From Planktothrix sp. GU0601_MAG3 (GTDB lineage Bacteria; Cyanobacteriota; Cyanobacteriia; Cyanobacteriales; Microcoleaceae), in the NCBI GenBank assembly GCA_035193785.1, contig CP136572.1:1588577-1652576 (forward strand): DNA of 64,000 nt. Direction: 5' to 3'. This document shows, one piece after another, positions 31,657 to 44,124 of this stretch. The notes under the pieces were generated by a model. It did not search any database. It was not told where the DNA came from and saw only the letters and a program-made list of their open reading frames with translations. How positions within the stretch are numbered: the stretch's first letter is position 1; every line of letters starts with the position of its first letter. The translations under genes were made by a program, and so were the position numbers.

Positions 31657-33318
31657 TTAAGATCGTTGATAAACATTAACAGTAAATTCATCTAAATCCA
31701 TTGTACCTTGCAGCAACTGATTTTTTTGAAGTTGATATTCCGGTTTTAAAATATTTTGAATTGCCTCTCTTTCTGCCTCTGTTGTGGGTTCAGACCAAAC
31801 AGGTTCAGCCGATTCTAACAATATAATTCTACCATAGGTTGAAGGTTTAGGAGTTAAAGATTTTTGTAAAGCCGGAGCCAGTTTATTAGATTCCTGCGCT
31901 AGTAAAAATACAGGATATTCAGGGGAAATATAATAGGCTAAACGGTTAACATGACCCCAGGCTTTAGAATTCATCACAATTAATGTGGGAGTGGTCGGTT
32001 GAGTGGAAATAATATCAGAAAGTTGATGAAACATCTGTCGATTTCTGATGCTAAAATCGGCGATACTAATGGTTAGGTATAATCCTAATAATGCTGTTGC
32101 TGCCAAATTACGCCAGCGTCCGGCGGATTTTTCTATCCAGATTGTAATTAAGAGTAAACACCCGGGAAGAATAAAAATCAAGCTGCGTCCGGCTCCAAAT
32201 CCTACGGTAAATTTACCACTTTTCATGTCAATTAATAGAGCAAGTAACAGGGGGAAAAAGGCAAAAATTAAAGTTGTTATTAAGGCTTTTTTATCTTCTA
32301 TTTTTCTAGCATAAATTGTAACAAAAATTAATCCAACTAGAACAATACATCCAGTAACTGTTATAATATTATCAGATAAACTCGTTGACCAATCTCCGAT
32401 TAACAGTTGATTTCCCAAGGTATTAACAACATCTTTTAAATGTTGCAATAGGGTAGCTAAAAATCCAGTGGGACTGTTAAATCTTCCGAGATCGGCGTTT
32501 CGCAATTGTTGACGAGTTCCCCATAAAACCCAAGGAATTGTGATTAAAACACCAGTTCCTAAACGGATAGCGTGTTGCCACCATTTTCGTCTATCAAGAT
32601 ACAAAACAACCACAGCTAATGTAACTACCCAATAGGCGAATAAATAAAAGGTTAAACATCCTGCTGTTACGGAAATTATTAATAATAAATTCCATAATAT
32701 TTTTTGAGGTAGAGTTGGATTTTTGTCGGTCTGATCAATTATTTTTAGTAATGACCAAGCACTTAAACTTGTCCAGAGCAATAGCGACGCATACATTCTT
32801 AAATTCAAAGAATGAAATAGATAAAAGGGATTTGTTGCCACTAATGCTGTTAATAAAAGTCCGCCTCGATGTCCTAAGTAAAAACGACCTAAGCCATAAC
32901 TACAAACCATCGCAGCTAAACTAATAATAACATTCAAACTACGGGTAGCAATTTCACTATTTCCCAACAGTCTTAACCAAAAATGTTGCGTTATAAAAAA
33001 TAGAGGCGGATGGGGTTCTCCTCCAACAATTCCTCGCAGCAGACTTACTAGGGTTTTCAGAAGATCACTGAGATTAGACTCTGTGGGCAAATTGAGAAGT
33101 GGAGTATAATGGGCTAAAACTACCGGAATATCTTGGGGAGTAACATAGGCAATTTTTTGTCCGGTCGATAATAGGAGGGATAATACCTCGTCATACCAAA
33201 ATTCACGGGTTCCTAAATTAAGAATTCGTAAGAAAATACCTAAAAAAATTGCACTCAGGAGGAGAAATTCTAATGATGAAAATTTAGGCAAACTAAAACT
33301 TGATAACTTTTGAGTCAT
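31657..33318 (-). CDS. GT-C fold membrane glycosyltransferase (GT39/ArnT-like)
   Basis: FWYDE, HPPLFF, many TM helices, RMYA. Confidence 0.85.
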   Translation of the reverse strand: MTQKLSSFSLPKFSSLEFLLLSAIFLGIFLRILNLGTREFWYDEVLSLLLSTGQKIAYVTPQDIPVVLAHYTPLLNLPTESNLSDLLKTLVSLLRGIVGGEPHPPLFFITQHFWLRLLGNSEIATRSLNVIISLAAMVCSYGLGRFYLGHRGGLLLTALVATNPFYLFHSLNLRMYASLLLWTSLSAWSLLKIIDQTDKNPTLPQKILWNLLLIISVTAGCLTFYLFAYWVVTLAVVVLYLDRRKWWQHAIRLGTGVLITIPWVLWGTRQQLRNADLGRFNSPTGFLATLLQHLKDVVNTLGNQLLIGDWSTSLSDNIITVTGCIVLVGLIFVTIYARKIEDKKALITTLIFAFFPLLLALLIDMKSGKFTVGFGAGRSLIFILPGCLLLITIWIEKSAGRWRNLAATALLGLYLTISIADFSIRNRQMFHQLSDIISTQPTTPTLIVMNSKAWGHVNRLAYYISPEYPVFLLAQESNKLAPALQKSLTPKPSTYGRIILLESAEPVWSEPTTEAEREAIQNILKPEYQLQKNQLLQGTMDLDEFTVNVYQRS

Positions 33319-33373
33319 AAATTCTAAAACCGAAAATAAAGAGTCATTATTGTATTAAGAGTTTTGAGCAGCT

Positions 33374-34763
33374 ATGAACCAGTTATATAATATGAAACTA
33401 ATTTCCACAACAAGTTGGTATTTGCCTGATTCCTCTGGAGGAGTTGAAGTTTACCTTGATGGCTTAATTCAAGGGCTACGACCCCATGGCATTGAAACTC
33501 AGGTGGCTGTGTCCGATTTTTCGGAGACCCAGGAAAGAAACTATCAGTATCAAGGAGTTAATGTTTATCGCTATCCCGTAGCTCCTTGTCCTAACCTCTC
33601 TCAAGAAAAACAACAACTTCCACCCTTGGGTTTTTCTCAGTTCGCTGATTGGTTATCTAGCCAAAGCGTGGATATTTATCATCAACATTCCTGGCGATAT
33701 GGCTGTGGTTTGCATCATCTTCGTCTGGCTCGTCAATTGGGACTACCTACCATCGTCACCATTCATATGCCAGAAGCCGTGTGTCTCAGAGGAAACCATG
33801 ATGCACCAAGAACAACATCCTTGTGATGGTTATATTGATCCCGTGCGTTGTGGACGCTGTTACGGTGTTCCCAAACGAGTCCCGGCTCCCATCATCCGAG
33901 GAATGAGTCAACTCCCAGCCTCAATAGGTCTGCCCGTTGCCGCCAAACTCACTTCCGCCCCCGATGTCAGAATCCGACAGTTAGGCAGAACAATAGCCAT
34001 TCCTCTGAGCGTTAAAATTCATCGGCAGTCTCTCTTAGAAATGGCTAATTTAGCAGATCGAATCGTGGCGGTCTGTCAATGGCTTTATGATGCCTTTTTG
34101 CTCAATGGTGTTCCTCCCGAAAAATTAGTATTATGTCGTCAGGGTGTGAGCTATTCTAGTGCAGAAAAAAAACAATTTCAGCAGCAATCTCCGCTCAAAA
34201 TTGGATTTTTAGGACGATGGCAAGAAACGAAAGGTATCCAAATTCTAGTAGAAGCCATCCACCGCTTAGATCCAGATATTCCCGTTGAACTGACCATTCA
34301 TGGAATGTTGCATGGAGAGGCTGGTAAAATCAATCGGGAACGAGTCTTAGCTATAGCTGAACAAGATTCTCGAATTCGAGTGGCTCAAAAGCTCTCCAGG
34401 GAAGAAGTTCCTCAACATTTAGCTGGGTTTGATATACTAGCTGTACCTTCCCAATGGTTGGAAACAGGCCCACTGGTGGTTCTGGAAGCCTATGCGGTAG
34501 GTACACCCGTTATCGGTTCCCATTTGGGGGGCATTGCAGAATTGGTTCGTCACGGTGTTGATGGATGGCTTGTCTCTACACCCACGGAAGTCTCGGCTTG
34601 GACAGAAGCCATTGCCTATTTAGCGACTCATCGCGATTTAATTCGTCAATTCCATCAGAATATCTTACCAGTGAGAACTATGCAAAATGTTGCCGATGAA
34701 ATGGCTGGTTTGTATCAAGAGATTCTGAATCAGCGAAGTATTGATCCCCTACCTCGAAGCTAA
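33374..34763 (+). CDS. Glycosyltransferase family 4; +1 frameshift at GAAAC 33792-33796
   Basis: GGVEVY, FLGRWQETKG, ETGPLVVLEA.A.G.PVI. Confidence 0.9.
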
Positions 34764-34764
34764 A

Positions 34765-35931
34765 ATGCCAAGAATTTCTATCGTATCGCCAACCCTATCC
34801 AAAGGTGGTCTTGATCGCGCCTATGTCATTGCCCAAGCTTTACAAACATTAAATTATGATGTAGAAATCCTCGGATTTTTATTTCCAGGTGATCAAATTT
34901 ATCCCGCCCCTCCTCCCAAATTGCAGGTTGAGTCAGTGCCAGGAGGAATTTATCCTCAATTATTTGGCAATGTCAAACAGCTTTTAGACAAAATTAATGG
35001 GGATATTATCTATGCGGTTAAACCTAAACCTACCAGTTTTGGCATAGCCCTGTTGAAAAGGTTTTTCCACCAAAAACCCGTGATCCTGGATATTGATGAC
35101 TGGGAACTTAGTTGGCATGGGGGTGACCAGTGGCAGTATCGTCCCTCCCTTAAACAGTTTTACCGAGATTTATTCAAACCCAACGGTCAGTTAAGATATT
35201 CCGATCACCCCCAGTATCTTAAATGGATGGAGCGTTTGGTGCCCCAGGCAAATGCTGTGACGGTTGACACTCAGTTTTTGCAACAAAGATTCGGTGGGGT
35301 TTATCTTCCCAATGGCAAAGATACCGAACTGTTTGACCCTCAACGGTATGATCCGCAAACCAGTCGGGAACGTTATGGCTTAGATGGATATCGGATTTTA
35401 ATGTTTCCCGGTGCGCCCCGACCCCATAAAGGCGTGGAAGATGTACTCGTCGCCCTTGAACAGTTGAATATCCCTGATTTACGGCTTGTTCTAGTGGGAG
35501 ATAGTCCCTATGATGATTATGACCAACAACTGATGCAAAAATGGGGTCGCTGGATTATTCAACTCCCACGCTCTCCTGTCGAAGCCATGCCAGAAATTGT
35601 GGCGGCAGCCCATCTGGTGATAGTTCCTCAACGAAATACACTGACAGCGCAAGCTCAATTTCCCCTGAAGCTAACCGATGGTATGGCAATGGCTAAACCT
35701 ATTTTATCTACTCGGGTCGGAGATATTCCAGAAATTTTGGGTGAAGCGGGTTATTTAGTCGATCCGGGTTCTCCCGAACAAATTGCCCGAATTTTACCTG
35801 TTATATTTGATGATATAGAAAGGGCTAATCAGAAAGGTCAGGAGGCTAGAAAGCGATGTATTGAATACTATAGTGTCAAGACCATGGCAGCGATTCTGGC
35901 TGAGGTAATGGAGCCTTTACTATTATCCTAA
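34765..35931 (+). CDS. Glycosyltransferase family 4
   Basis: LDIDDWE, PHKGVE, PLKLTDGMAMAKPILSTRVGDIPE. Confidence 0.9.
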   Translation: MPRISIVSPTLSKGGLDRAYVIAQALQTLNYDVEILGFLFPGDQIYPAPPPKLQVESVPGGIYPQLFGNVKQLLDKINGDIIYAVKPKPTSFGIALLKRFFHQKPVILDIDDWELSWHGGDQWQYRPSLKQFYRDLFKPNGQLRYSDHPQYLKWMERLVPQANAVTVDTQFLQQRFGGVYLPNGKDTELFDPQRYDPQTSRERYGLDGYRILMFPGAPRPHKGVEDVLVALEQLNIPDLRLVLVGDSPYDDYDQQLMQKWGRWIIQLPRSPVEAMPEIVAAAHLVIVPQRNTLTAQAQFPLKLTDGMAMAKPILSTRVGDIPEILGEAGYLVDPGSPEQIARILPVIFDDIERANQKGQEARKRCIEYYSVKTMAAILAEVMEPLLLS

Positions 35932-36017
35932 ACAGTAAGGTGAACCAAAGGACTTCGAGGGATTGCCTCTGATCCCGCTCACAATATTATCCCGATATTC
36001 ATTATACCAGTTCCAAA

Positions 36018-38025
36018 ATGTCTGCAACTCGATTTCTCTTTCAGTATGCCAAACGGTATCCTGTCAAAATGATTCTGACCGTTGTTTTAGGATTTTCCGG
36101 CGCGATCTTTAGTGGGGTGGGTACAACTTTAATTGTACCCGTTATTTTGAATTTATTGGGACAATCCATTGAACTCCAAGGCGCACCTCCAATTATTCAA
36201 AAACTGCTTTCTCCCTTTGGCAATATTCCTGAATCTTACCGATTAGGATTGATGGCAGGTGCTATTATTTTCACCCTGGTTTTAAAAAATCTTACCACCT
36301 ATCTTAATACTCTGATTGCGGCATCTTTGAGCCGAAGATTAACCTGTGATATTCGAGAAGCCGGGATTCAGTTATTATTAGACGTTGATATAGATTTTTA
36401 CTCTAAAACGAAAGTTGGAGATTTAATTAACCGTTTAGGAGAAGAAACACGCCGAACTTCAAGCGCGATTAGTTTGTATATAGGACTGTTTACAACGGGA
36501 ATCACGGTTTTTACATTCTTAACCTTATTATTGTCTATTTCTTGGCAACTTACTTTAGCAACCACTTTAGTTTTGGCTGTGGTGATTGGGATCAATCAGT
36601 CCATTATTAGTCGCTCTAAAAAATATGGTTCGGTATTATCAAAAGCTTCGAGAAATTATTCTGTTCAATTAATGGAAATTTTGAATGGAGTCCGCCAGGT
36701 CAAAGCCAATGGCAATGAACAAGCGGAATATGAAAATCTTAGGCTATTAAGTCAGAAAAGAGAAAAAGCGGAATTTCAATCCCTGGTTAATTCATCAGCG
36801 ATCGCCCCGATCAATGAAGTAGTTAATATGATAGTAATTTTATTGCTAGTAGTTTTGGGGCGAACCTTTTTAGCCTCTGAACAAATTCAATCTTTAACAA
36901 CTATTTTGCTAACATATCTATTTTTATTATTCCGCACCTTGCCCTTAATTTCTACCTTAAATAACTTGAGGAGTAATTTGGCTCAAAATATGCCATCGGT
37001 ATTAGTAATCCAGGAATTCTTGCGCCGAGACAATAAACCTTTCATGAATAATGGTTCTCTCCCCTATCCGGGGTTACAACGAGAAATTCATTTTGATCAT
37101 CTTTCTTTTGGTTATCCGGGTAATGATAAATTAGTTTTGAAAGATATTGATCTGCACCTTCCTCGCGGAACAACTTTAGCCTTAGTTGGGGGTTCAGGAG
37201 CCGGAAAATCAACCTTAGCTGATTTATTAACCAGATTTTTTGATCCCGTGGCTGGAGCCATTAAAATTGATGATCACGATTTACGCGACTTTGATTTTAA
37301 AAGTCTCCGACGAGCAATGGGAATTGTCAGTCAAGACACCTTTTTATTTAATACCTCGGTTCAAAATAATATCGCTTATGCCAAACCTGATGCAACACAG
37401 GAAGAAATTTTTAATGCCGCTAAACGTGCCAATGCTTATGAATTTATTATTACATTACCTCAAGGCTTTGATACTCAAATTGGTGATCGCGGTGTTTTAT
37501 TATCAGGAGGTCAGCGTCAGCGACTTTCGATTGCCAGAGCATTATTACAAAACCCAGAAATTTTAATTTTAGATGAGGCTACCAGTGCCTTGGACACCGT
37601 ATCAGAACGGTTAGTTTCAAGAAGCTATTGATCAACTCAGTCGCAACCGCACCACTTTAGTCATTGCTCACCGCCTTTCTACGATTCAAAAAGCACATCA
37701 AATTGCTGTGTTAGACCAAGGACAAGTGGTAGAAGTGGGAACCCACAATGAATTATTAGCAAAAGGCGGTCAGTATGCAAAACTTTATTCCTTGCAGTTT
37801 GCTGATGAAGTGAGTCGCGATGCAGCTTTAATTAAAAGTTCCTATGAAGTCCGATCTCGTCTCAATCCGATGATTGGATGTTTACGATTATTACTTGATG
37901 AAATGGTTGATACTCCAGAGGAAAAAGAGGAACTAATTATGGAGTCTTATAAATCAGCAACGAGTATCCTAGAAAATTTGGAATTTATTGAAAAATGCGT
38001 TAAGCTAAGACTGAAAAACTATTAA
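36018..38025 (+). CDS. ABC exporter (TMD+NBD) with C-terminal HisKA-like extension; +1 frameshift at 37614-37618
   Basis: [32 protein letters not shown]; tail [13 protein letters not shown]. Confidence 0.9.
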
Positions 38026-38038
38026 GTCATAAATTCAA

Positions 38039-39019
38039 TTGGAGAATCGAAAAATGGCTCGAAAAATCATTGGGATGATCACTTCCTATCCCGGCGTTGA
38101 ACAGTGCGATTGGAGTTGGCATCAAAGCCCTAATAGTTTTGGAGTTTGGAATAATATTCAAGTCATGGCTAAACACCCTGATCCTGACTTTCTCCTTCTC
38201 TATAACTTTGCTCAACTTCCTCCTCGGAAACATAATAAATTGATATTTAAAAATATTAACTACCCCGAAAAATTAGAGGAATACCAACGAAATTTAGAGC
38301 AAAAATTTAGAGGAGTTCCCAAGGAACGTCGCATTTTCCTCTGGCGTGAACCTCCCTTAGAGTATCTCAATAATTATAATCGTACTTGTTATCAATGGGC
38401 GCAAGAATATTGTGGATATGTTTCGGCAGCCGATGACGCGGCTCCGATTTCTGAATATATGCCCGCAATTTGGTATCATCTAAATACATTTCGTGATTTT
38501 AATGAGTTACCCCCCCCTGAAAAAATCAAACTTTGTAGTTGGATTACATCTGGGATATCTCGTTCAGAAAATCATCTCAAACGATTAGAATTTTTGCGTT
38601 TAATTCAATCGAGTGGGTCAGAGATTGATTACTATGGCCGTAATATGCCAGATTGGTCTAGGTCATCCGGTTATGTAGCTAATAAATGGTATGGTATGGC
38701 ACCCTATTATTATAATTTAACAATTGAAAACTTCGCTGATAATGATTGGTATTTAAGCGAAAAAATGTGGGATGCTTTATTAGCTTGGTGTCTTCCCATT
38801 TACTACGGTGGAACGGCGGCAGATAAAGTTTTACCTCCTGGAAGTTTCCTAAGAATACCCAGTTTAGATGAAAAAGGGATTGCTTATATTAAGGAAATTA
38901 TTGCTACACCAGATGCTTGGCATCAAGCTAAAAACGCGATCGCAGAAGCCCGACAGCTTGTTTTACATAAACTGAATTTGGTGAATTGGTTATCTGAATA
39001 TGTGGAAAAGTGCAGCTAA
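38039..39019 (+). CDS. Glycosyltransferase family 10 (fucosyltransferase-like)
   Basis: YYYNLTIEN...YLSEKMWDALLAWCLPIYYG alpha-1,3-FucT-like motif. Confidence 0.8.
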   Translation: MENRKMARKIIGMITSYPGVEQCDWSWHQSPNSFGVWNNIQVMAKHPDPDFLLLYNFAQLPPRKHNKLIFKNINYPEKLEEYQRNLEQKFRGVPKERRIFLWREPPLEYLNNYNRTCYQWAQEYCGYVSAADDAAPISEYMPAIWYHLNTFRDFNELPPPEKIKLCSWITSGISRSENHLKRLEFLRLIQSSGSEIDYYGRNMPDWSRSSGYVANKWYGMAPYYYNLTIENFADNDWYLSEKMWDALLAWCLPIYYGGTAADKVLPPGSFLRIPSLDEKGIAYIKEIIATPDAWHQAKNAIAEARQLVLHKLNLVNWLSEYVEKCS

Positions 39020-39279
39020 CTGAGTAAAAAATCTTCTCCACGCATTGCTTAATTTTAAAATCAGGGTTTACTTTTCAAATTACTGATATGAAATCACTAA
39101 AAAAAATCAGCGATCACGAGACAGTCCAAATATTGCTAGAATAGCCCGGGAAGTTGGATTACGCAGCCCCATAAATTTACCTCAGAAACAGTTATCTTTG
39201 ATTTTAATAGGTTCTTCAGGTATTGACCAACTTCCCGCAAAAAGGTTCAATCTCAATCTTTAGATTGCTGACTAAACCC

Positions 39280-40630
39280 TTAGCCAATGGTTAAAATATA
39301 GGCTTCATGCAGTTGGAGATTAGGAATAGTTAACCGTACTAACTGTTGATTATTTACGGTAATATTCTCCTGTCGAACTGTGACTAATTCCTTGATCACT
39401 TGTTCTCCAGAATCGGGAATTTTTTGGACTTTGATAGTTGAATTTCCACTGGAATTCGGTAAATTTTTCAGAATTAATGTGACTCCGGCCGTCGGTGCAG
39501 AAAATGCTTGTTCAAAATAACCGAATAAAATTTGAGCCTTTCCTTCCCGATTGGAACGACTGGCTAAAGCAACAATTTTAGGGTTAGTAGACTGACTCGC
39601 AACCCGGGAATTAAACCCATCGGTATAGGTTTTATAAACCCACCAGACGGCTCTGGGTAAGGACTGATCGGGGGTAACTAAACCATCTAAACTATTATTA
39701 AAGCAATTATTAGTGCCACTGGCTTTATCAATTGGCTCCCAACAGGCTTTAGCCGCACCATCGGGCCGTCCTAATTCGGTGTAATACAAAAAGCCTAAAT
39801 TTTCCGCCGGGCGATATTGAGCCGTAGGGCCGATAATTTCATTGACATAAATTTTCTGAATTTTTAAACTTTGGTAGTTGGGATTTTGTTGGAAACTTCG
39901 ACGGGCATTATTTATGCGAGCCGTAATCGAGGTAATATCTTGATCATTGAGTTCATGCCAAGATAAAAAATTAACTTCTAAATTATTGGCTTTACAATAA
40001 TTTAAAAATGCGGTTAAAAAGTTTTGGTCATATTTGGCAATACTCGGGCCACCAATGATCACATTTGGGCCTAATTCCTGACGTAATACTTGATAGGCGC
40101 GTTTATAGGTTTCAAAAAACTGTTCTCGGGTTCCCTTCCAAAAGGGATCTCTTAGGTCAGGTTCGTTCCAAACATCCCATAATATGACTTTATCTTTGTG
40201 TTGTCGGGCAAGTTGTCGGACGTGTTCTTCCCATTTAGCATAATTATCATAGGGCCATCCCCTGGGGGAACCATAGCCCCAAGTATCACTTAAAATTAAT
40301 TGAAATTGGGCACCGAGTCCGATAACTCGCGGATACAATTCCAGTTGGGAGGTACGCCACAGTTTGGGTTTCTAGGGGCTTAATGATCGTGTCGGGCGGT
40401 TGGGTGGCATTTTTACCATATAAAAATCCACTGACCGAACTTATTCCAGTTCTTTGAGCGGCAAAATCAATCGTAATATCGTTTTGTTGTTGTCCCAAAA
40501 CCTGAAATTGTCCCAGCCCTAAAATACTTAATAAGGTGAGCAAACCGACGAAAACGGGGATAAGTTTTTTCAGTTTGAATTGAGATTCTTGGAATTTTAG
40601 ATGCGCCGAATTGAACAGATTTAATGTCAT
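39280..40630 (-). CDS. Secreted glycoside hydrolase, GH39-like; +1 frameshift at 40368-40372
   Basis: Signal peptide, WNEPD acid/base motif, IGGP, FLSWH, VNE nucleophile motif. Confidence 0.8.
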
Positions 40631-40659
40631 AATATTATAATAAACTTGTTAACGATAAT

Positions 40660-40746
40660 GTACGGGCGGGTTCACCCAGATTCAGGTAGGGGCGGGTTCA
40701 CCCAGATTTAAGTAATTAGCAAATATCTAACAGAACCCGCCCCTAC
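40660..40746. repeat. GTAG-type REP-like element with duplicated head arm
   Basis: GTA(C/G)GGGCGGGTTCACCCAGATT twice at 26-nt period; tail GAACCCGCCCCTAC at 40733-40746. Confidence 0.85.
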
Positions 40747-40752
40747 AAATGA

Positions 40753-42102
40753 TTATGCTGATTCGGGTTTGGGTAAGGAAGATGGATGTAATAATAATTC
40801 CGCCGTAGAGCGTTTTTCCACCATTTCTCGCGTCACCCGACAGCGTTTGACATCCTTACGCGAGGGAATTTCATACATGACATCTAACATTAATTCCTCC
40901 ACAATTCCCCGTAACGCTCGGGCTCCGGTTTTGCGACGATAGGCTTCTTGAGCGATCGCTTGAATCGCATCTTCATCAAATTCTAACTGCACATTATCCA
41001 TCCGCAATAGTTTTTGATATTGTTTCACCAAAGCATTGCGAGGTTCGGTTAAAATGGCGACTAAGGTAGCTTCATCTAGGGGTTCTAAGACCGCTATCAT
41101 CGGAATCCGACCAATCAATTCAGGAATTAGACCAAATTTGACCAAATCATCGGGTTCCATGTGTTTGAGGGTATCAACGGTGCGTTGATCTTTCGGTTGA
41201 CCGTCTCCTTGTTGGACAAATCCCATGGACTTTTTGCCCGTCCTCTGCTCCACCAATTTATCTAGGCCGACAAAGGCCCCACCACAGACAAATAGAATAT
41301 TACTGGTATCAATTTGAATACAATCCTGATAGGGATGCTTGCGTCCGCCCTGGGGTGGGACATTAGCAACGGTTCCCTCTAACATTTTTAATAAAGCCTG
41401 TTGTACCCCTTCCCCCGATACATCCCGGGTGATGGAGGGATTTTCACTTTTGCGGGCAATTTTATCAATTTCATCAATATAAACAATCCCCCGTTGGGCT
41501 TCTTCCACATCAAAATCGGCAACCTGCAACAACCGCAGTAGAATATTTTCCACATCTTCCCCCACATAGCCCGCTTCCGTCAGGGTCGTGGCATCAGCAA
41601 CGGCAAAGGGAACCTCTAACATTTTAGCCAGGGTTTCCGCCAAAAGGGTTTTCCCGCATCCAGTCGGGCCAATTAACAGAATATTAGATTTTTGTAACTC
41701 AACATTACTATCTTCGGCGGGTCTTCCTGTGGTTTTTGTTTGGAGAAACCCTAAGCGTTTGTAATGGTTATAAACTGCGACCGAGAGCACCTTTTTCGCC
41801 TCATCTTGGCCAATAACGTGCAAGTCCAGATAGGATTTAATTTCTCTAGGTTTAGGAATTTGATTCAAACCCACTCGTCCAGTCCGTTGTCGCCGTTGGG
41901 GGGGTTGGGGAATTTGGGGACGAGGGGAAGTGGGGGGAGTTGTCACCGAACTACTATCGAATAACTCCTCATCTAAAATTTCATTACACAGTTCCACACA
42001 TTCATCACAGATATAGACACCTGGGCCTGCAATCAATTTGCGAACTTGCTCCTGGGACTTACCACAGAAAGAACATTTTAGATGGGAGTCGTACTTGGAC
42101 AT
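40753..42102 (-). CDS. clpX: ATP-dependent Clp protease ATP-binding subunit
   Basis: CSFCGK zinc-binding domain, [26 protein letters not shown]. Confidence 0.98.
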   Translation of the reverse strand: MSKYDSHLKCSFCGKSQEQVRKLIAGPGVYICDECVELCNEILDEELFDSSSVTTPPTSPRPQIPQPPQRRQRTGRVGLNQIPKPREIKSYLDLHVIGQDEAKKVLSVAVYNHYKRLGFLQTKTTGRPAEDSNVELQKSNILLIGPTGCGKTLLAETLAKMLEVPFAVADATTLTEAGYVGEDVENILLRLLQVADFDVEEAQRGIVYIDEIDKIARKSENPSITRDVSGEGVQQALLKMLEGTVANVPPQGGRKHPYQDCIQIDTSNILFVCGGAFVGLDKLVEQRTGKKSMGFVQQGDGQPKDQRTVDTLKHMEPDDLVKFGLIPELIGRIPMIAVLEPLDEATLVAILTEPRNALVKQYQKLLRMDNVQLEFDEDAIQAIAQEAYRRKTGARALRGIVEELMLDVMYEIPSRKDVKRCRVTREMVEKRSTAELLLHPSSLPKPESA

Positions 42103-42114
42103 ATTTACCTCATC

Positions 42115-42832
42115 TTAAGTTACGGGAACGGACTCTCCGGGAATCGGAAGATTTTGGGTGCGGTCGATCACCTTATCTATTAGACCATATTCTTTGGCAT
42201 CTTCCGCAGACATATAGAAGTCCCGTTCCGTATCTTCTTCTATCCGTTCAATCGGCTGACCTGTGTGTTCCGCCAATAACTCATTCAGTACCCGTTTATG
42301 GTAGAGGATTTCTTTGGCTTGGATTTCAATATCAACGGCCTGTCCCTGGGCTCCGCCGAGGGGTTGGTGAATCATAATTCGGGAAACTGGGCAAAGACAT
42401 TCGTTTTCCTGGGGTGCCAGCGGCCAATAAAAAGGCCCCCATACTGGCGGCGAGTCCATAACAGATGGTGACCACATCGGGGCGAATTTGCTGCATGGTG
42501 TCCAGAATCGCCATACCTGCGGTCACAGAACCCCCCGGAGAGTTAATGTAGATTTGGATATCTTTTTCTGGGTCTTCGGCTTCTAGGAACAACAGTTGGG
42601 CGCTTAGGGCATTGGCCACATCATCATCAATCGGAGTTCCCAGAAAAATAATCCGTTCCCTCAACAGACGGGAGTAGAGGTCAAAGGCCCGTTCCCCCAT
42701 CCCCGACTGCTCAATCACAATCGGCACAATATTACTCGGAGACCAGGTTTCAATCCGGCTATCGCTTGTGACCTCAAAATGGGAATAGTTATCAATTCGG
42801 TACCCGGAAGACTGGGAAAATATCATAAACAC
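42115..42832 (-). CDS. clpP: Clp protease proteolytic subunit; +1 frameshift at GAAAC 42383-42387
   Basis: [35 protein letters not shown]. Confidence 0.96.
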
Positions 42833-43116
42833 CTCATCAAAGAACAGTGGAATCAGAACCGGGGAGGAAACTTGATGATGGGAGGTTTAAGACCCCAAAA
42901 TCCTAACCCAGATCTGCCATTATAAAATAATTTGAGATCAACTGCCAATTGATGTGATCAAAAATACATTAGTCCCCATTCGTAATTCGTAATTCGTAAT
43001 TCCCCTAGAGCTAACTTCAAAAATTCTTCAAATTTGTTTGCTAGTTTGTGGGAATCCCAGGCAGAAGCCCGGGGCTTTGTTCCAAAATTTTGAGCCAACT
43101 CAAACAAAGTTAAGCT

Positions 43117-43623
43117 ATGATTTTCGAGAATTTGAACCCTTGGCAATTTCTGAACAATTTGTATCAACGGATGCAAATTATTAAGGATCGATCCCTTTCT
43201 AATGATCCCCCCTTGACCCTATGGGTAGCTCAGGAGGGAATCACGCCGATTCGAGAGGTACAGATGCAAGAAACCTCGAATCATATTGTTTTGAAAGTCT
43301 CCATTCCCAGCCTAAAACCGGAAAATCTGGAGATTCGGGTCACCTCGGAAACCGTATTCTTATCTGGGGAAAAAATTGAACAGGTACAGGTACAGGGGTA
43401 CTGTGATTTTACCTATTCCTCCCAACAGTTTCAATGTTTAATTCCCCTACCCCATTGTGTCCATCCTGAAACCGTAACGGCGGAACTAGAGCAGAATCTA
43501 TTACTGCTGAAACTGCCTAAAGAAAGAACTGTTTCCCCCCGATTTCAGGGAATTGTTGTCAGGTGTTCGTCGGATTTTCAGCCTCTATCCGAAGCCTGGG
43601 AAGTTAACTCTAAAAATTCGTGA
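43117..43623 (+). CDS. Hsp20/alpha-crystallin-like protein
   Basis: ET...IVLKV.IP.L.PENLEIRV, F...IPLP..V.PE.V.AE....LL.L.LPK. Confidence 0.8.
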   Translation: MIFENLNPWQFLNNLYQRMQIIKDRSLSNDPPLTLWVAQEGITPIREVQMQETSNHIVLKVSIPSLKPENLEIRVTSETVFLSGEKIEQVQVQGYCDFTYSSQQFQCLIPLPHCVHPETVTAELEQNLLLLKLPKERTVSPRFQGIVVRCSSDFQPLSEAWEVNSKNS

Positions 43624-43771
43624 ATTTTTGTAGTTAAACAGTTATAAGTGAATGATCAGTGGGGTAACATATTTATATACACCTCTAATGCTGCCTGTTA
43701 TTACTGCCATTGGTCAAAAGTTATCTTTGCGCTGAATTTAATGTCTTGAAACCACAAAAGCCGCCACGACC

Positions 43772-44098
43772 ATGGATAATCAAAAGGACTTGAAACCCGG
43801 TGAGCCTAAACTTTGGGAGTTGCGTTTGTATGTTGCCGGACAAACCCCTAAAGCCATCAGAGCATTTATTAACTTGAAAAAGGTTTGTGAACAGTATCTC
43901 GAGGGTCGATATCAAATTGAAGTCATAGATTTGTTAAATGACCCCCGGCTCGCCGAGCAAGATCACATTTTTGCCCTTCCCGCCTTAGTTCGTAAAATTC
44001 CCCGGCCCTTAAAACAAATTATTGGGGACTTGTCCAATCCTAAGAAAATTCTGGTGGGGCTAGAATTGTGGGAAGGAGAGGGTTGGAGAAATCCTTGA
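43772..44098 (+). CDS. kaiB: KaiB-family protein (copy 1)
   Basis: [15 protein letters not shown]...P.LAE, P.LV...P.P...IIGDLS. Confidence 0.92.
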   Translation: MDNQKDLKPGEPKLWELRLYVAGQTPKAIRAFINLKKVCEQYLEGRYQIEVIDLLNDPRLAEQDHIFALPALVRKIPRPLKQIIGDLSNPKKILVGLELWEGEGWRNP

Positions 44099-44124
44099 TT
44101 TCAAACAAGAGGAGAAGTTGTTTT

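Noticed and set aside
42958..43176. Minus-strand 72-aa ORF ending LRITNYE
   Set aside because: Its C-terminus is translated heptamer repeat (TTCGTAA) and it overlaps the Hsp20 start.
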